Virus record (IMG/VR): IMGVR_UViG_2843857367_000001
Span: 1 to 64,000 of that record
Source of the DNA: a virus
Lineage: Duplodnaviria; Caudoviricetes
Strand: one strand, 5' to 3'
Length of the DNA: 64,000 bases
Shown here: piece by piece, positions 18,334-28,622 of the stretch
How the letters are laid out: each line of letters opens with the position of its first letter
How positions within the stretch are numbered: the first letter of the stretch is position 1
The notes under the pieces: generated by a model
Databases searched by the model: none
What the model saw: the letters and a program-made list of their open reading frames with translations, nothing else
What the model was told of the DNA's origin: nothing
Program-made: the position numbers and the translations under genes

Positions 18334-19638
18334 TCAGGCGCCGTAGGCCGAGCCGGCCACGTCGTTGTCGAGGATGACGGTCAGCGCCCGACCAAGCGTC
18401 GGATCGACGGCCGCCTGATAGGCGTAATCCGCTTGGATGCCGCCCGGCCCCGTCACGGGGCGCTTCGCCTTGGGAAGGAAGACGCGATGCTGGATCAGCC
18501 GCAACGAGAAGTCGGTGCCCGGCAGCGTCCAGATGTGCTCCAGGTCGCTGGCCTCGCCGTTCTCCGCCTGCAGCTGCAGTTCAGGCCCGCTGTAACGGAC
18601 ACCGATCTGCCCCGTCAGGGCCAGCGCGCCTTCGTCGATCCCGCTGACCCGGCCGTCGCTGCGGATGGCCGGGACTGGGTCGAGACCGTTCGACAGGTTG
18701 AACTGGCCGCTGACCAGATCGGCGATCGGCACGCCGTAACGCAGCACAGACCCCGAGAACTGCGAGAAGCGCGCCACCGCCATTTCGGCGGCGACCGTGC
18801 CGGCGGCCGACGCCGTGGCGACGGCTTCGCCCTGGGCGATCAGACCCAGCGTCGCGGTCAGATTGCCCCCGCGCTGCATCTGAACGCCCAGGGTGTTGGC
18901 CTTCACGCCGTAGTTCATGTTGAAGGCGGGAACCTCGGGATGCTGAAGCTCGATCGAGGCGGATGGCAGCACCGCCGCGCCGCTGGTGAAGGTGTGACGA
19001 TACCCGCCCGACGCGGCGCCGCCGGTCAGCGTCGCACCCGAGGCCGTCGCGTTGGATGCCGGGGTTTCGCCGGCCTCAATAGCAAAGCTGTTGCCGATGA
19101 CGCCCAGCGCGTCGTGCTGGATCAGAATGGCGTTGCCACGGTCATTCTGGCGATAGGTGGCCGCCGCGACGCCCGTCACGGCGCTGGCGTTCAGGGCGCG
19201 CACGGCGTTCGCCACCGTAGCCGGAAGCGTCGCGCCGATCTGGATCTGATTGGCGGTTGGCGTGCCGGTGACGAAGGTGAATGCCTGGCCGCCGATGCTG
19301 ATGGTCGCACTGTTTACGGGCTGGGCCGAAAAGGTGATCGTTCCCCGCGCCGCCTTGCCCGCCGCGCTGGTCGGGGCGCCGAGCAGCATCCTCAGCCACA
19401 CGCCGCTCTGCCGTGCGCAGATGGGCACGACCACGTCGCCGGTGTTCGTCACGGCGTCCCGGCCGGGCTCGCTGGGCTCTCGACCCCGGCCCAGCAGTTC
19501 ACCGTCGATCAGCGGCTGCTCCTCGCCGAGCGACGCCGAGACGAAGGCCATCAGGCCAAAGCCGGTCGCGGGCGGGAAGCCGAAAGTCTGTTCAATCGCC
19601 AAGGCCATGCGGGCGTTGGCGCCGCGTGCGCGTGCCAT
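18334..19638 (-). CDS. tail tube protein with inserted domain
   Basis: MARARGANARMALA, ELLGRGREP, GPGGIQADY. Confidence 0.85.
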   Translation of the reverse strand: MARARGANARMALAIEQTFGFPPATGFGLMAFVSASLGEEQPLIDGELLGRGREPSEPGRDAVTNTGDVVVPICARQSGVWLRMLLGAPTSAAGKAARGTITFSAQPVNSATISIGGQAFTFVTGTPTANQIQIGATLPATVANAVRALNASAVTGVAAATYRQNDRGNAILIQHDALGVIGNSFAIEAGETPASNATASGATLTGGAASGGYRHTFTSGAAVLPSASIELQHPEVPAFNMNYGVKANTLGVQMQRGGNLTATLGLIAQGEAVATASAAGTVAAEMAVARFSQFSGSVLRYGVPIADLVSGQFNLSNGLDPVPAIRSDGRVSGIDEGALALTGQIGVRYSGPELQLQAENGEASDLEHIWTLPGTDFSLRLIQHRVFLPKAKRPVTGPGGIQADYAYQAAVDPTLGRALTVILDNDVAGSAYGA

Positions 19639-19711
19639 GTCAGTTCTCCATCATGAGGGGTGTCCGCCTGGGGCCGGACGAGGTCAGCCAGGTGCGATCG
19701 GCTTGGGCCGA

Positions 19712-20143
19712 TCAGGTCAGCGGGTTGGACGTCGAGTAGACGACGATGATGCTGAGCTGCGCGCCCCGCACCGGTTCGGCGCTTTCCAAGGTCACATCGT
19801 CGGTCATCGGCGCCGTCGCCTCGACCCATTCGGCGACGCCGCCCAGGCTTCGATCCGTTTCAATCCTGTCGCCGATCGGGATCAGCAGCTGGTCCAGCAG
19901 CTCGTGCCGATTGGTCGAGCCCGGCGGACCCAGAACCTCGACCTCGAACTCGTGGGTGTAGGTGTAGAGCAGCGGCGACAGGGTCACCTCCGGTTCCCCC
20001 GGATCGCCGTCGTGCAGAATGATGGTGCCGCCCGGATCCGGCCGCTTCGGCCAGGGTTGGTCGCGCCTGACCTCGGCGTGGGGCGCGGCGGCTTCCAGCA
20101 GCGCCTTCACCCCCTTGGCGGCGGCTTCACGTGCGCTGCCCAT
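19712..20143 (-). CDS. tail terminator protein
   Basis: DGDPGEPEVTLSP, DRSLGG, YSTSNPL. Confidence 0.75.
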   Translation of the reverse strand: MGSAREAAAKGVKALLEAAAPHAEVRRDQPWPKRPDPGGTIILHDGDPGEPEVTLSPLLYTYTHEFEVEVLGPPGSTNRHELLDQLLIPIGDRIETDRSLGGVAEWVEATAPMTDDVTLESAEPVRGAQLSIIVVYSTSNPLT

Positions 20144-20146
20144 GGC

Positions 20147-20476
20147 TCAGCCTCCGACCGGAACGACAGCGCACAGCCACCAGCCGTCTTCATTGCGACG
20201 CGGATCCCCCACGATCTTCAGCGTCTCGCGTACCGCGCCGGTCACGTCGTCCAGCAGCTGTACCTGCTGGCCTTCCTCTGGTTCGGCGATCCAGCACTGA
20301 TGGATTTCGACGGCGCGGGCCGTCAGGATGTGCGACGCGTCGCCATACCGTGCGATCGCGTCCTCTTCGGCCGGGTGGACCCGCACCTCGCCGGCCACGC
20401 CCGTCCACAGCGCACGATCGCCGAGGTGATCATCCACCTCGGCGACCATGGCCGTCAGATGCTGCCCGAAGCCCAT
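20147..20476 (-). CDS. head-tail joining protein (FII-like)
   Basis: size and position after capsid gene. Confidence 0.65.
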   Translation of the reverse strand: MGFGQHLTAMVAEVDDHLGDRALWTGVAGEVRVHPAEEDAIARYGDASHILTARAVEIHQCWIAEPEEGQQVQLLDDVTGAVRETLKIVGDPRRNEDGWWLCAVVPVGG

Positions 20477-20477
20477 C

Positions 20478-21551
20478 TCAGGGCTTGGGCCCCCAGACCC
20501 ACTTCGTGGTCAGGCGAGGCTTCCGCCAGATCGGCAGCGAGTTCATCTGGTACTTCCATTCCAGACCCGCCCCGTGCTTCATCACCTCTTCCGAGAAATG
20601 GATCAGATCCTCGTCCGAGAAGGTCGAGCCGTCCAGTTCGCGGATATCCAGCGGCGGGGCCGCATAGGTGACGTGCGCCTCGATCGTGCCGGTCGGATAG
20701 GAAACACCTTCCTTGGCGTCGAGCAGCCGCGTCGTGCCTTCCGCTCCCCACAGCTTCACCCGCGCGCGGTACTCGCGGATGGTGCAGCCGGCGATCTCGA
20801 TCACGCGACGGAAGCTGGTGGCGGATTTCTCGCGCTGCTGGTTCAGCAGCTGGAGCATGGCGGGCGTGCCGGCGAAATACTTCTCAACCGACGGGTGCCG
20901 GATGATCTTGCTGTAGAACTCAGGCGCGATGCGGACCTCCAGCCCGGTCATCGTGTCGTTGACCAGCTCTTCTTCCGTGCCGGAAAGCACCTCCTCCAGC
21001 GCGGCCGGCACGTCGAAGGTCGGATCGTCCAGGTCGAAATAGACCACCCGCTGCTGGAGCTTGAACACCTCATTCAGGTCGTAGATGAGCTGATTGGCGC
21101 CATCGACAATCCGCCCCTTCAGCGAAGAGATCTTCATCACCTCAAGGGTGATGGAGAACTTCAGACGGTTGCGGCGGTGACGGGTTTCGACCTTGTTGAT
21201 CAGAGCATCGTCCGGCGTGCGGGTGCGCCTGGCGTAGGCCATCCAGGACCGGATGTCCGCCGCCAGCACGGAGTCCTCGTGGCTGACGTTCGGAATCTCG
21301 AAGATGACGCCCTGGCCCCTGCCATGGCGAGCGATCGTCGACGGGCGGCCACCTTCCGTGACCGGCAGAGCGGTGATGACCCCGTCATCGATGTCGATGC
21401 GGACGTAAGGCGTGTCCAGGCCTTCGCTCGGGAACATGCCGTCGGCATTGAGCTGGCCGAACTGGTCGGGGACGGAGTTGATCAGGCCGGTGTGGTGCGC
21501 GGCCGTCAGGGGCAGCAGCGAGCCGCTGTCCAACAGTTCATCGGGGTCCAT
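20478..21551 (-). CDS. major capsid protein (lambda E family)
   Basis: 357 aa, C-terminal QMNSLPIWRKP. Confidence 0.9.
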   Translation of the reverse strand: MDPDELLDSGSLLPLTAAHHTGLINSVPDQFGQLNADGMFPSEGLDTPYVRIDIDDGVITALPVTEGGRPSTIARHGRGQGVIFEIPNVSHEDSVLAADIRSWMAYARRTRTPDDALINKVETRHRRNRLKFSITLEVMKISSLKGRIVDGANQLIYDLNEVFKLQQRVVYFDLDDPTFDVPAALEEVLSGTEEELVNDTMTGLEVRIAPEFYSKIIRHPSVEKYFAGTPAMLQLLNQQREKSATSFRRVIEIAGCTIREYRARVKLWGAEGTTRLLDAKEGVSYPTGTIEAHVTYAAPPLDIRELDGSTFSDEDLIHFSEEVMKHGAGLEWKYQMNSLPIWRKPRLTTKWVWGPKP

Positions 21552-21614
21552 CGGAGCCCTCCTATCATTTCAGTGTTCAGGGATGCCGGGCCGCCGAGGG
21601 CCCGGATTGCCGGC

Positions 21615-22304
21615 TCAGCCGCTGACGCGCGGTTGAATGCCCAGCGAAGCCAGACGGCGGTAGGCCGCTTCCTTCTGGCCGTCGGTGACGCCCAGCGGCC
21701 AGACGATGGCCTCGCGACGAATGATGACCGGGCCGCGCGCCAGGACCGTCAGCTCGACATCCACCCCGACCGGCGCCTCGGCCGACAACAGGTTGACGCC
21801 GGTGATGATCTGCGAGCCGTCCGTCGCCGCCGGATCCCACGGCGCATCCTTCTCGATCACCCCGTCCTCATAGGCGACGGAAACCGGAATCCGGTCGCCG
21901 GCGACGAAGTCCGCCGAACCGTCCGACAGGGTGAAGTTGATGGCGCCGTTGTAAGGCGAGCCGACATTGCCCGCGCCGTCCAGGCTTCCGTCGGGACGGA
22001 TCACCTGAAAGGCGCCCCCGTCGGCCGCCGGCGAGACGATGACCACCTCGTACTGGCCCGCAGCTGCCCCGGTGTCCGCCGTAACCTCGCCGATCGCGCC
22101 GTTGCCCGTGCCGACCACGGCGCCGGCCGTGACGGTCGCCGCGCCGATCAGCACCGTGCCGACAAGCACGAAAGCCGCAAAGGCTCGCGCCGTGCCGACG
22201 CCGCCCAGGCCGACGCGCTTGTCGGTCGTATAGGTCGGATCATACTCCGAATGGATAAGATCGCTGAGGCCGGGCAGGCCGGTCTCGAAAGTATAGGCCT
22301 TCAT
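21615..22304 (-). CDS. head decoration protein (D-like)
   Basis: WDPAATDGSQ, LARGP, extra Gly-rich domain. Confidence 0.85.
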   Translation of the reverse strand: MKAYTFETGLPGLSDLIHSEYDPTYTTDKRVGLGGVGTARAFAAFVLVGTVLIGAATVTAGAVVGTGNGAIGEVTADTGAAAGQYEVVIVSPAADGGAFQVIRPDGSLDGAGNVGSPYNGAINFTLSDGSADFVAGDRIPVSVAYEDGVIEKDAPWDPAATDGSQIITGVNLLSAEAPVGVDVELTVLARGPVIIRREAIVWPLGVTDGQKEAAYRRLASLGIQPRVSG

Positions 22305-22373
22305 GACGGCCTCCTCTGTTCAGCAGGTTGATGCAGCCGGGATCAGGTCCAGCCCCCGGCCGAGCTGGTCGGC

Positions 22374-22886
22374 TCAGCCGGCGCCGCCGTTCCGGTTCCG
22401 ATCGATGCGGTTGGCCACGGCCGCGCTCAGGCCCGTGGCCGCCTTGGCCCCGTCGGCCCGCAGGCGCTGGGCCCCCGACATGGCGCGATCCAGGCGGTTG
22501 CCGCCTTGGGTCGAGCCCGCGACGGCGGCCGACGCCTTGAACTGCGCCAGCGTCTGGCCCGACTGGATGGCGGCCAAAGCGAGCGCGGGGTTCTTCTTGG
22601 CCTCAGCCGAAGCGGCGATGGCGGAAGCCTCGCCGTTGCCCCCTTCCGACGCTTCCGGCGCGTCGTCATCCTCGTCGTCGTCTTCGTCCCGGTCCTTTTC
22701 CTCGGCCGAGGCGCCGCCCTGACCGGCGGCGCCGCCATCCTCCTCGTCGTCCTCGTCAGGTTCCGCCGCAGTTGCGCCGGTCTTGACCTTCGCAAGGTTC
22801 GCCTGCGCCAGGCGCAGCGCCTTCTCGGCCTGGGCCACCTGGGCGGCCGCTCGGGCCTGCCGGCCCGCCGTGGGTTTCGTGGCCAT
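22374..22886 (-). CDS. nested in-frame scaffold protein (Nu3-like)
   Basis: internal AAGGAGG SD before MATKPTAG. Confidence 0.7.
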   Translation of the reverse strand: MATKPTAGRQARAAAQVAQAEKALRLAQANLAKVKTGATAAEPDEDDEEDGGAAGQGGASAEEKDRDEDDDEDDDAPEASEGGNGEASAIAASAEAKKNPALALAAIQSGQTLAQFKASAAVAGSTQGGNRLDRAMSGAQRLRADGAKAATGLSAAVANRIDRNRNGGAG

Positions 22887-23960
22887 CACGGCCTCCTTTT
22901 CGGTTTGGGCCGAAGCGCGCGAGCCCGACGCGCCGGCTTGGCTTCCTGAAACAGGCTCGGAAGAAACGTGCTCGACCAGGGCGGCGAAGGCTTGCTCCTC
23001 GTCCATGATCTCGTCGGCGAGACCCAGGGCGACGCCCGATCGGGCCTCGTCCTGGTGTTCGGCCATGAAGACGTCGGCCCTCAGCTGCAAAAGCTGGTCG
23101 CGGGTGAGGCTCGATCGCCCCGCCTCGACATCGGCCAGGAACAGGGCGCCCACCTGGTTCACATCGGCCTGCCAGGCCGCCCGAGCGCTCTCGCTCAGCG
23201 CCTTCCACCAGGCGCCGTCCGTCTTCACCCCGCCCTCGGGAAACTCGATGGTGGTGATCTCAACGCCGTCCTGCTCCAGCGATCCGGCATGGCTCTCATG
23301 CACCATGACGGCGCCGATCGAACCGACGTAGCCGACGCTCGGCGCGATGATCCTGTCGGTCTGCGCCGCGATCCAGTAACCGGCCGAACAGGCCATATCG
23401 GCGTAGGTCCAGATCGTCTTTCCGCCGGCTGCCTCCCGGGCTTCACGCATGAAGCGGGCGAGGGTCGGCAGGCCGCCGGCCACGACGCCGCCCGGCGTAT
23501 CAAGGCGCAAGAAGACGCCGCGAACGCGGGCGTCCCCCAGGGCCTCGCGCATGGCCATCAGCAGGGTGTCGTACCCGTGCCAGACGACGCCGCAGAACTC
23601 GTCGCCGCGTTCCACCAGAGGGCTGTCGCATTCAATGAGCGCGACGCCGTCTTTCAGCGACCAGCAGAACCCGGTGTCCTCGACCTCGCCCAGCCAGCGC
23701 GGTTGATAGGCGAGACGCTCCTCGATCGGGACGAACGGCGCGCCCTCGCCTTCGTCGTCCCAGGCGAACGCCGTGCGCGCGCTGTCGCCGGGCGCGTGGC
23801 CCAGGCCTACGCGGCGCAGGAAGGCGTCCAGACGCGACGGACGGCTGAAGGCGCGCGGATCGACCGAACGGATACGCAGCGCCAGATCTCGGGCGGCCGC
23901 CGGCGTCAACAGAAGGGGGCGGCCGGCATAGCGGGCCGCCATAGAGGCGTAGTCAGGCAT
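22374..23960 (-). CDS. S49 prohead protease with C-terminal scaffold
   Basis: DTPGG, ACSAGYWIAA, GSIG. Confidence 0.9.
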   Translation of the reverse strand: MPDYASMAARYAGRPLLLTPAAARDLALRIRSVDPRAFSRPSRLDAFLRRVGLGHAPGDSARTAFAWDDEGEGAPFVPIEERLAYQPRWLGEVEDTGFCWSLKDGVALIECDSPLVERGDEFCGVVWHGYDTLLMAMREALGDARVRGVFLRLDTPGGVVAGGLPTLARFMREAREAAGGKTIWTYADMACSAGYWIAAQTDRIIAPSVGYVGSIGAVMVHESHAGSLEQDGVEITTIEFPEGGVKTDGAWWKALSESARAAWQADVNQVGALFLADVEAGRSSLTRDQLLQLRADVFMAEHQDEARSGVALGLADEIMDEEQAFAALVEHVSSEPVSGSQAGASGSRASAQTEKEAVMATKPTAGRQARAAAQVAQAEKALRLAQANLAKVKTGATAAEPDEDDEEDGGAAGQGGASAEEKDRDEDDDEDDDAPEASEGGNGEASAIAASAEAKKNPALALAAIQSGQTLAQFKASAAVAGSTQGGNRLDRAMSGAQRLRADGAKAATGLSAAVANRIDRNRNGGAG

Positions 23961-23970
23961 GGTGTTTTCC

Positions 23971-25617
23971 TCAGGCGGCGGTGCGCTGATCCAGGAAGGC
24001 CTGGTGCGCCGGATCTCGGCTGGTTGCGGCGGCGCGCTCCAAGGCTCCGCCCGGCATGGGCAGTTCCAGTTCCTGGTGCTTGGCCATTTCGCGCGCACGC
24101 TGTTCCAGCACTTCTTCCCAATCCTTGCCCTGATCGTCGCACTCGTCTTCCAGGGTGCTGACGTTGGCCTCGATGCGCGCCGAGGCTGCGTCGATCTCCT
24201 TGGTCGGATCGATGAAGCCCCGACCCGGGCCGATGCAGTGGATTTGGCAGTAGGCGTCGACCGCGTCGTAGAAGTCCGGCGCTCCCTCGGGGATCTGCAC
24301 GTAGCCCCGGTCGAAAGCTTCTTCGGCCCAGGCGACCACGAACGGCCTCACCAGCTGGTCTTCCATCAACCCCATCAAGGCGACGGTTTCGGCCCAGGCA
24401 TGGACGAGGGCTGCACGCGCAGACGAGTAGTTCGTCTGCGAATAGTCCATCGACAGCTCTTCGTAGGTCACGCCCAGCGAAGCGGCGATTAGGCGCAGGA
24501 TCGAACGCACAAAGGCGTCGAAGCTTGCGACATCCTTGGACGCCGTCTGCAGCTGCAGTTCGTCGCCGTAAGGCAGGACCGGAATCTGGGCGCCGTTGGC
24601 CAGATTGACCGGGTGTTCTTTGTAATGATCCTGGCGCCAGGTCTCGAACTCCCTGACGTCCTTAGCCTCGAAGCTCTCGCTGACGGCGCCCGGCCCGCCG
24701 TTCGACTTCATGAAGGCGACGATCAGCGCATTGACCGTGGCGCTCTGCAGCGTGGCGTCCGTGAACCGAGACAGGGCGCGGAAACTCTTGAGCGCGGCGG
24801 CGAAACGACTGACGCCTCGCGTCTGGCCGGCCCGTTCCGGCTCGAAGCAATGGAACACCTGCGGCCGGCCCCATTCGGTCCAGCGCTCGAACCTCTGCCA
24901 GCGGAACTGGCCGGGACCGCCGAAGTCCGACGGATGCCGTTCGCGGATATGATAGGCGTCGGCCGCGCCCCAGGCGTCGAACTCGACGCCGCCGCGCAGC
25001 TCGTCCCGATCCGGTCGACCGTTCGGATTACTCAGCCGATCAGGATCGACCAGACGAAGACGCGTCTTGTACCGGGTCGCCTCGTCTTCCGCCCATTCGC
25101 CCAGCCCGAGCGCCTCGCCGTCGACCACGATATGCGACGCCGCCAGTCGGAGCTGCTGGCCCCAGGTCAGCTTGCGCTCAGCGTCGGACGTAAAGGCGTG
25201 GCCGTAGCCGTAAAGCTGGAACTCTGTGCTCAGATCGGCGCCGAGCTGCCGCGCCGCCTCTCTGTCGATGCCGAGGGCGCGGGCGTTCGGCCTGAACTTG
25301 ACCCGCCAGCCCTTGCCGACGGCCGCATTGACGCGACGGGACCGCGCCGAGGCGGCGACGGGATCGTTGCGCACCCGCTCCCGCACGCGGGCGGTGACGC
25401 GATCGCGGTTCGGAAGCCAAAGCTTGTCCGCCGAGCCGAGTTGAGCAGGCCATTCGGCGAAGTAGGTGCCATGGCCGCTCGCCCCCTCATAGGACGGCGT
25501 TCCGCCCATGGCGGCCGTATCCGTCATCGCCACGGCGCGCGCGCGGGCGACCTCCAGACGAGAGATCGACCGGCCCGAGGCGGACACCAGACCTGAGGGA
25601 GCGAACGGCGTGCGCAT
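23971..25617 (-). CDS. portal protein (lambda family)
   Basis: GQTRGVS, DYSQTNYSSARA, IDPTKE. Confidence 0.93.
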   Translation of the reverse strand: MRTPFAPSGLVSASGRSISRLEVARARAVAMTDTAAMGGTPSYEGASGHGTYFAEWPAQLGSADKLWLPNRDRVTARVRERVRNDPVAASARSRRVNAAVGKGWRVKFRPNARALGIDREAARQLGADLSTEFQLYGYGHAFTSDAERKLTWGQQLRLAASHIVVDGEALGLGEWAEDEATRYKTRLRLVDPDRLSNPNGRPDRDELRGGVEFDAWGAADAYHIRERHPSDFGGPGQFRWQRFERWTEWGRPQVFHCFEPERAGQTRGVSRFAAALKSFRALSRFTDATLQSATVNALIVAFMKSNGGPGAVSESFEAKDVREFETWRQDHYKEHPVNLANGAQIPVLPYGDELQLQTASKDVASFDAFVRSILRLIAASLGVTYEELSMDYSQTNYSSARAALVHAWAETVALMGLMEDQLVRPFVVAWAEEAFDRGYVQIPEGAPDFYDAVDAYCQIHCIGPGRGFIDPTKEIDAASARIEANVSTLEDECDDQGKDWEEVLEQRAREMAKHQELELPMPGGALERAAATSRDPAHQAFLDQRTAA

Positions 25618-25625
25618 GGCGCGAC

Positions 25626-26150
25626 TCAGTCCTTGGCCTGCGCAGTTGCGCGGGCTTCCAGCACAGCAAGTCGCGACTTGAGCGACGCCAGCTCTTCGGC
25701 GCTGGCGGTGCCCGCCTCATCAAAGGCGGCGAAGCGCGCCTTCAGAGCCTCGTCCAGGCCTTCGAAGCGCTCATCAATGCCGGCAAGCGCCGTCTTGAGG
25801 GCCTCATCACGGGTTTCGCCAGCCTTCTCCAGACCGCCGAAGCGCTCATCGATCAACGAAGCGAACTTATCGAACCGTTCGCCGATCCACGCGTCATCGT
25901 AAGCGTCCGATCCGGTAACAGCCACGGGCTCAAACGGTGCGCTCAGGGCCTCGTTGAACTGTCGCCGGGCGTTCAGGACGCCTTCTACTAGCGTGTCAGG
26001 CACGGGGCGGCTGGGAAAGCTCACCAGGGCCCGCATCGCGTCCAGCAGGACGATCAATGCGGCCACGGCGGGCACGTTCGACAAGGAAACGCTCGCGACG
26101 ACGGTTTCTGACGCCGGCGCGGCGGCGGGCGACTTGGGGGTTCGGCTCAT
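25626..26150 (-). CDS. hypothetical coiled-coil protein
   Basis: GGAGG SD; repeated IDERF.GL. Confidence 0.7.
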   Translation of the reverse strand: MSRTPKSPAAAPASETVVASVSLSNVPAVAALIVLLDAMRALVSFPSRPVPDTLVEGVLNARRQFNEALSAPFEPVAVTGSDAYDDAWIGERFDKFASLIDERFGGLEKAGETRDEALKTALAGIDERFEGLDEALKARFAAFDEAGTASAEELASLKSRLAVLEARATAQAKD

Positions 26151-26279
26151 GACGGCCTCCTCGATGTGATGAAATCCGGGTGCGAAGGCGGCGCCGCCCC
26201 GACGTCGGCAGTCGGGGACCGCCGGCGGCCGAGAGCCTCCCCGAACCCGGGGCGGGAGGCCGGTTGACGGCGTAGATCG

Positions 26280-26510
26280 TTAAAGGCGGATGCTCAGTGC
26301 GCCTCGACGGCGCAGCGGTGCCCCGTCCAGTTGCAGGGCCTTGGCCTCGAGATTGGCGATCTCGCTTTCGAGGCGTCCGATATCGCCTTTGGCGTACTTC
26401 ACCGTTCGGCCGTTGCTGGTGATCTCGGCCACCTGGCCGCCCGCGATGATCTTGGCGTAGGCCGCGCGGAAGGCGGCCAGTTGGGCGGTCTCTGCGGGCG
26501 TCAGCGCCAT
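26280..26510 (-). CDS. head-tail adaptor gpW-like
   Basis: GRTVKY..DIGRLE..I..LE...RR. Confidence 0.8.
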   Translation of the reverse strand: MALTPAETAQLAAFRAAYAKIIAGGQVAEITSNGRTVKYAKGDIGRLESEIANLEAKALQLDGAPLRRRGALSIRL

Positions 26511-28621
26511 TAGAAGCTCCATTTCTTCTTGGCCGCTGCGACCTCGGCCGAGCTGGCGGCGGGCGCGGACGGCGTTTCCGACTGACCGGCTGGCGGGCGT
26601 TCCCACAGAGCCTCCAGACCTGTCTTCTCAGCCTGACGACGACGCGCCAGTTCGAGCCAGTCCGGCTCGGCCCCGGGAACGCCGATGCCCAGAGAAGCGG
26701 CCAGCGCGCGGTTGTAGACCCACAGGTCCAGCTCCTCGTTGCGGCGGCGGACGCGGACCCAGGCCTCATCCTTCACAACGCCCGTCTTGCTGTCCTGGAC
26801 AGAGACCAGAGCCTCGCCGGTAAGCTCCTCGAAGAAGTCCCGCTCGACCCAACCCGGCCAATGAGGACGACGCGGCGCGCGGGCGCCCTTCTCCCCTTCC
26901 AGGCTCAGCGGTATCGCCTCGTTCATCAGCGTCCGCTTCAGATCCCAGGTGCCGACGCGCCAGGTCCGGCACGAAACCACTCGTCCCTCAGGCCCTTCCA
27001 GCTTCTGTTTCGCGCCTCGGCGAAGCGGCATCCGCCCCCAACCGTCAGCGCCGTCCAACGCCTTCGATTTTCCGTGCGTCGAGCAGTAGGCGTAAACGTG
27101 GAAAGTCCCGTAGCCAGAATCGACGCCCTGAACTTCGGTGGCGACGTAGCCGCCGTCCTCATGCGGCCAACGTCTGCGCTCCAGCTCGGCCAGCTCGGCC
27201 CAGATCTGCGGCTCCGACGGGCCGCCCTCGATCCGCCCCTTGTCGATGGGGACGTGCTCGGCCTCGGGCCCCCAAGCATAGGCCGTCCACTGGGCCCAGT
27301 CGCCATTCAGGTCGACGGCGATGGTGACGATCTCGTAGCCCGACGGCACCACGCCCTTGGTGAACCGGCCATCCCGACGCTCCAACAGCTTGTCGACATC
27401 GGCCTGCTGGACGGTGACCTCGTAAGCCTCGCCGAAGATCTGCTGATGCAGGGCGATCTTCGCCTCTTCGTCCTTCGCATCCCTGATCTGTTCGGCGATG
27501 TAGGCCCAATCCACGGCGTCCGATACGACCTGCCAGGCATGGTAGCTGGGCTGCCTCCCCTCCGTCGGCCGTTCCCGCCACGCCTCGTATTCGCTGACGG
27601 CGATGAAGGCGCCCGGCGCCGGATTCTGAGGATCCGTCGATGGGAAAGTCGGTATCCAGCCGCCGCGCACGCCGTGCGCGGGCTCACGGTAGGGGTGACA
27701 GGCCTCAACCATCGCGCGCTTGTGCCGATGCTCGATCACGCCGCCGCATGACGGGCAGTTGAAGTGGGGCGTTTCGCCCTTCTCCACGCCCATCATCATC
27801 TCGCGATCCAGACGGATCAGCACTCCGCTGGGCAGGTCCGAGCAATGGGGACAGGGCAGGTACAGGCGGCGCTGGTCGCCTAGCCGATAATCGGCTGTCA
27901 CCGGGCAGCCGGTCAGTTCGCCTTCGTTCTCCTCCGAACGGCGCACGAGCCCGGGCGTCGAGTTGTGAAAGGTCTTGGCGCCGGCCAATTCCCACTGCAG
28001 CTGGCGGACCTTGATCTGCTTGTGCGGGTCGCCGCGATCTCCGACCGACACGCTCCAGTTCGGCGTCTCTTCCTTCACCACCAGGCAGAAGGTGACCATC
28101 TGCAGCGGCTTGGCGCTGGTCGTGCCGAAGAACTGTCCGTACCCGCCCGGGAATCGTTTGTAGGTGTTGGTCGAGCCCTGCTCGTCCCGCGATGTCACCG
28201 CCCGGATCTTGCGGCGCAGCTCGGGCGTGGCGTCGACAAGCGGTTGCCACTTGGTCCGGTTGTACTTCAGCGCCTCGTCGCCGCTCGGCAGGGCGACGCC
28301 CCACGGGCGAGCCACCACGGCCGAGTAGTAGAGCGTGGCCAGCACGCCGATCGTCGTCTTCGCGATCTGGGCGGAGCCGACGAAGGTGACCGTCCTGGCC
28401 GGATCATCGGGGTGAAGCCGGTCCAGCGGCTCGATCAGGTACTCGAACCCGTCCCAGGACAACTCGCCTTCGCGCGTCGTTCCCGTTTCGCCGGGGATGT
28501 TGACCCGCCCTTCCGCCCAGGCGCTGATCATCTGATCGGGGGCAGGCGTCACGGCCGTCGCCATGGCCATGACCAACGACGCCGCCTGCCGCGCCAGCTC
28601 GGCGCTGCTGAACAGGTTCAT
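26510..28621 (-). CDS. terminase large subunit (GpA family)
   Basis: SAQIAKT, GDQRRLYLPCPHC, VDSGY, RNEELDL. Confidence 0.93.
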   Translation of the reverse strand: MNLFSSAELARQAASLVMAMATAVTPAPDQMISAWAEGRVNIPGETGTTREGELSWDGFEYLIEPLDRLHPDDPARTVTFVGSAQIAKTTIGVLATLYYSAVVARPWGVALPSGDEALKYNRTKWQPLVDATPELRRKIRAVTSRDEQGSTNTYKRFPGGYGQFFGTTSAKPLQMVTFCLVVKEETPNWSVSVGDRGDPHKQIKVRQLQWELAGAKTFHNSTPGLVRRSEENEGELTGCPVTADYRLGDQRRLYLPCPHCSDLPSGVLIRLDREMMMGVEKGETPHFNCPSCGGVIEHRHKRAMVEACHPYREPAHGVRGGWIPTFPSTDPQNPAPGAFIAVSEYEAWRERPTEGRQPSYHAWQVVSDAVDWAYIAEQIRDAKDEEAKIALHQQIFGEAYEVTVQQADVDKLLERRDGRFTKGVVPSGYEIVTIAVDLNGDWAQWTAYAWGPEAEHVPIDKGRIEGGPSEPQIWAELAELERRRWPHEDGGYVATEVQGVDSGYGTFHVYAYCSTHGKSKALDGADGWGRMPLRRGAKQKLEGPEGRVVSCRTWRVGTWDLKRTLMNEAIPLSLEGEKGARAPRRPHWPGWVERDFFEELTGEALVSVQDSKTGVVKDEAWVRVRRRNEELDLWVYNRALAASLGIGVPGAEPDWLELARRRQAEKTGLEALWERPPAGQSETPSAPAASSAEVAAAKKKWSF

Positions 28622-28622
28622 G

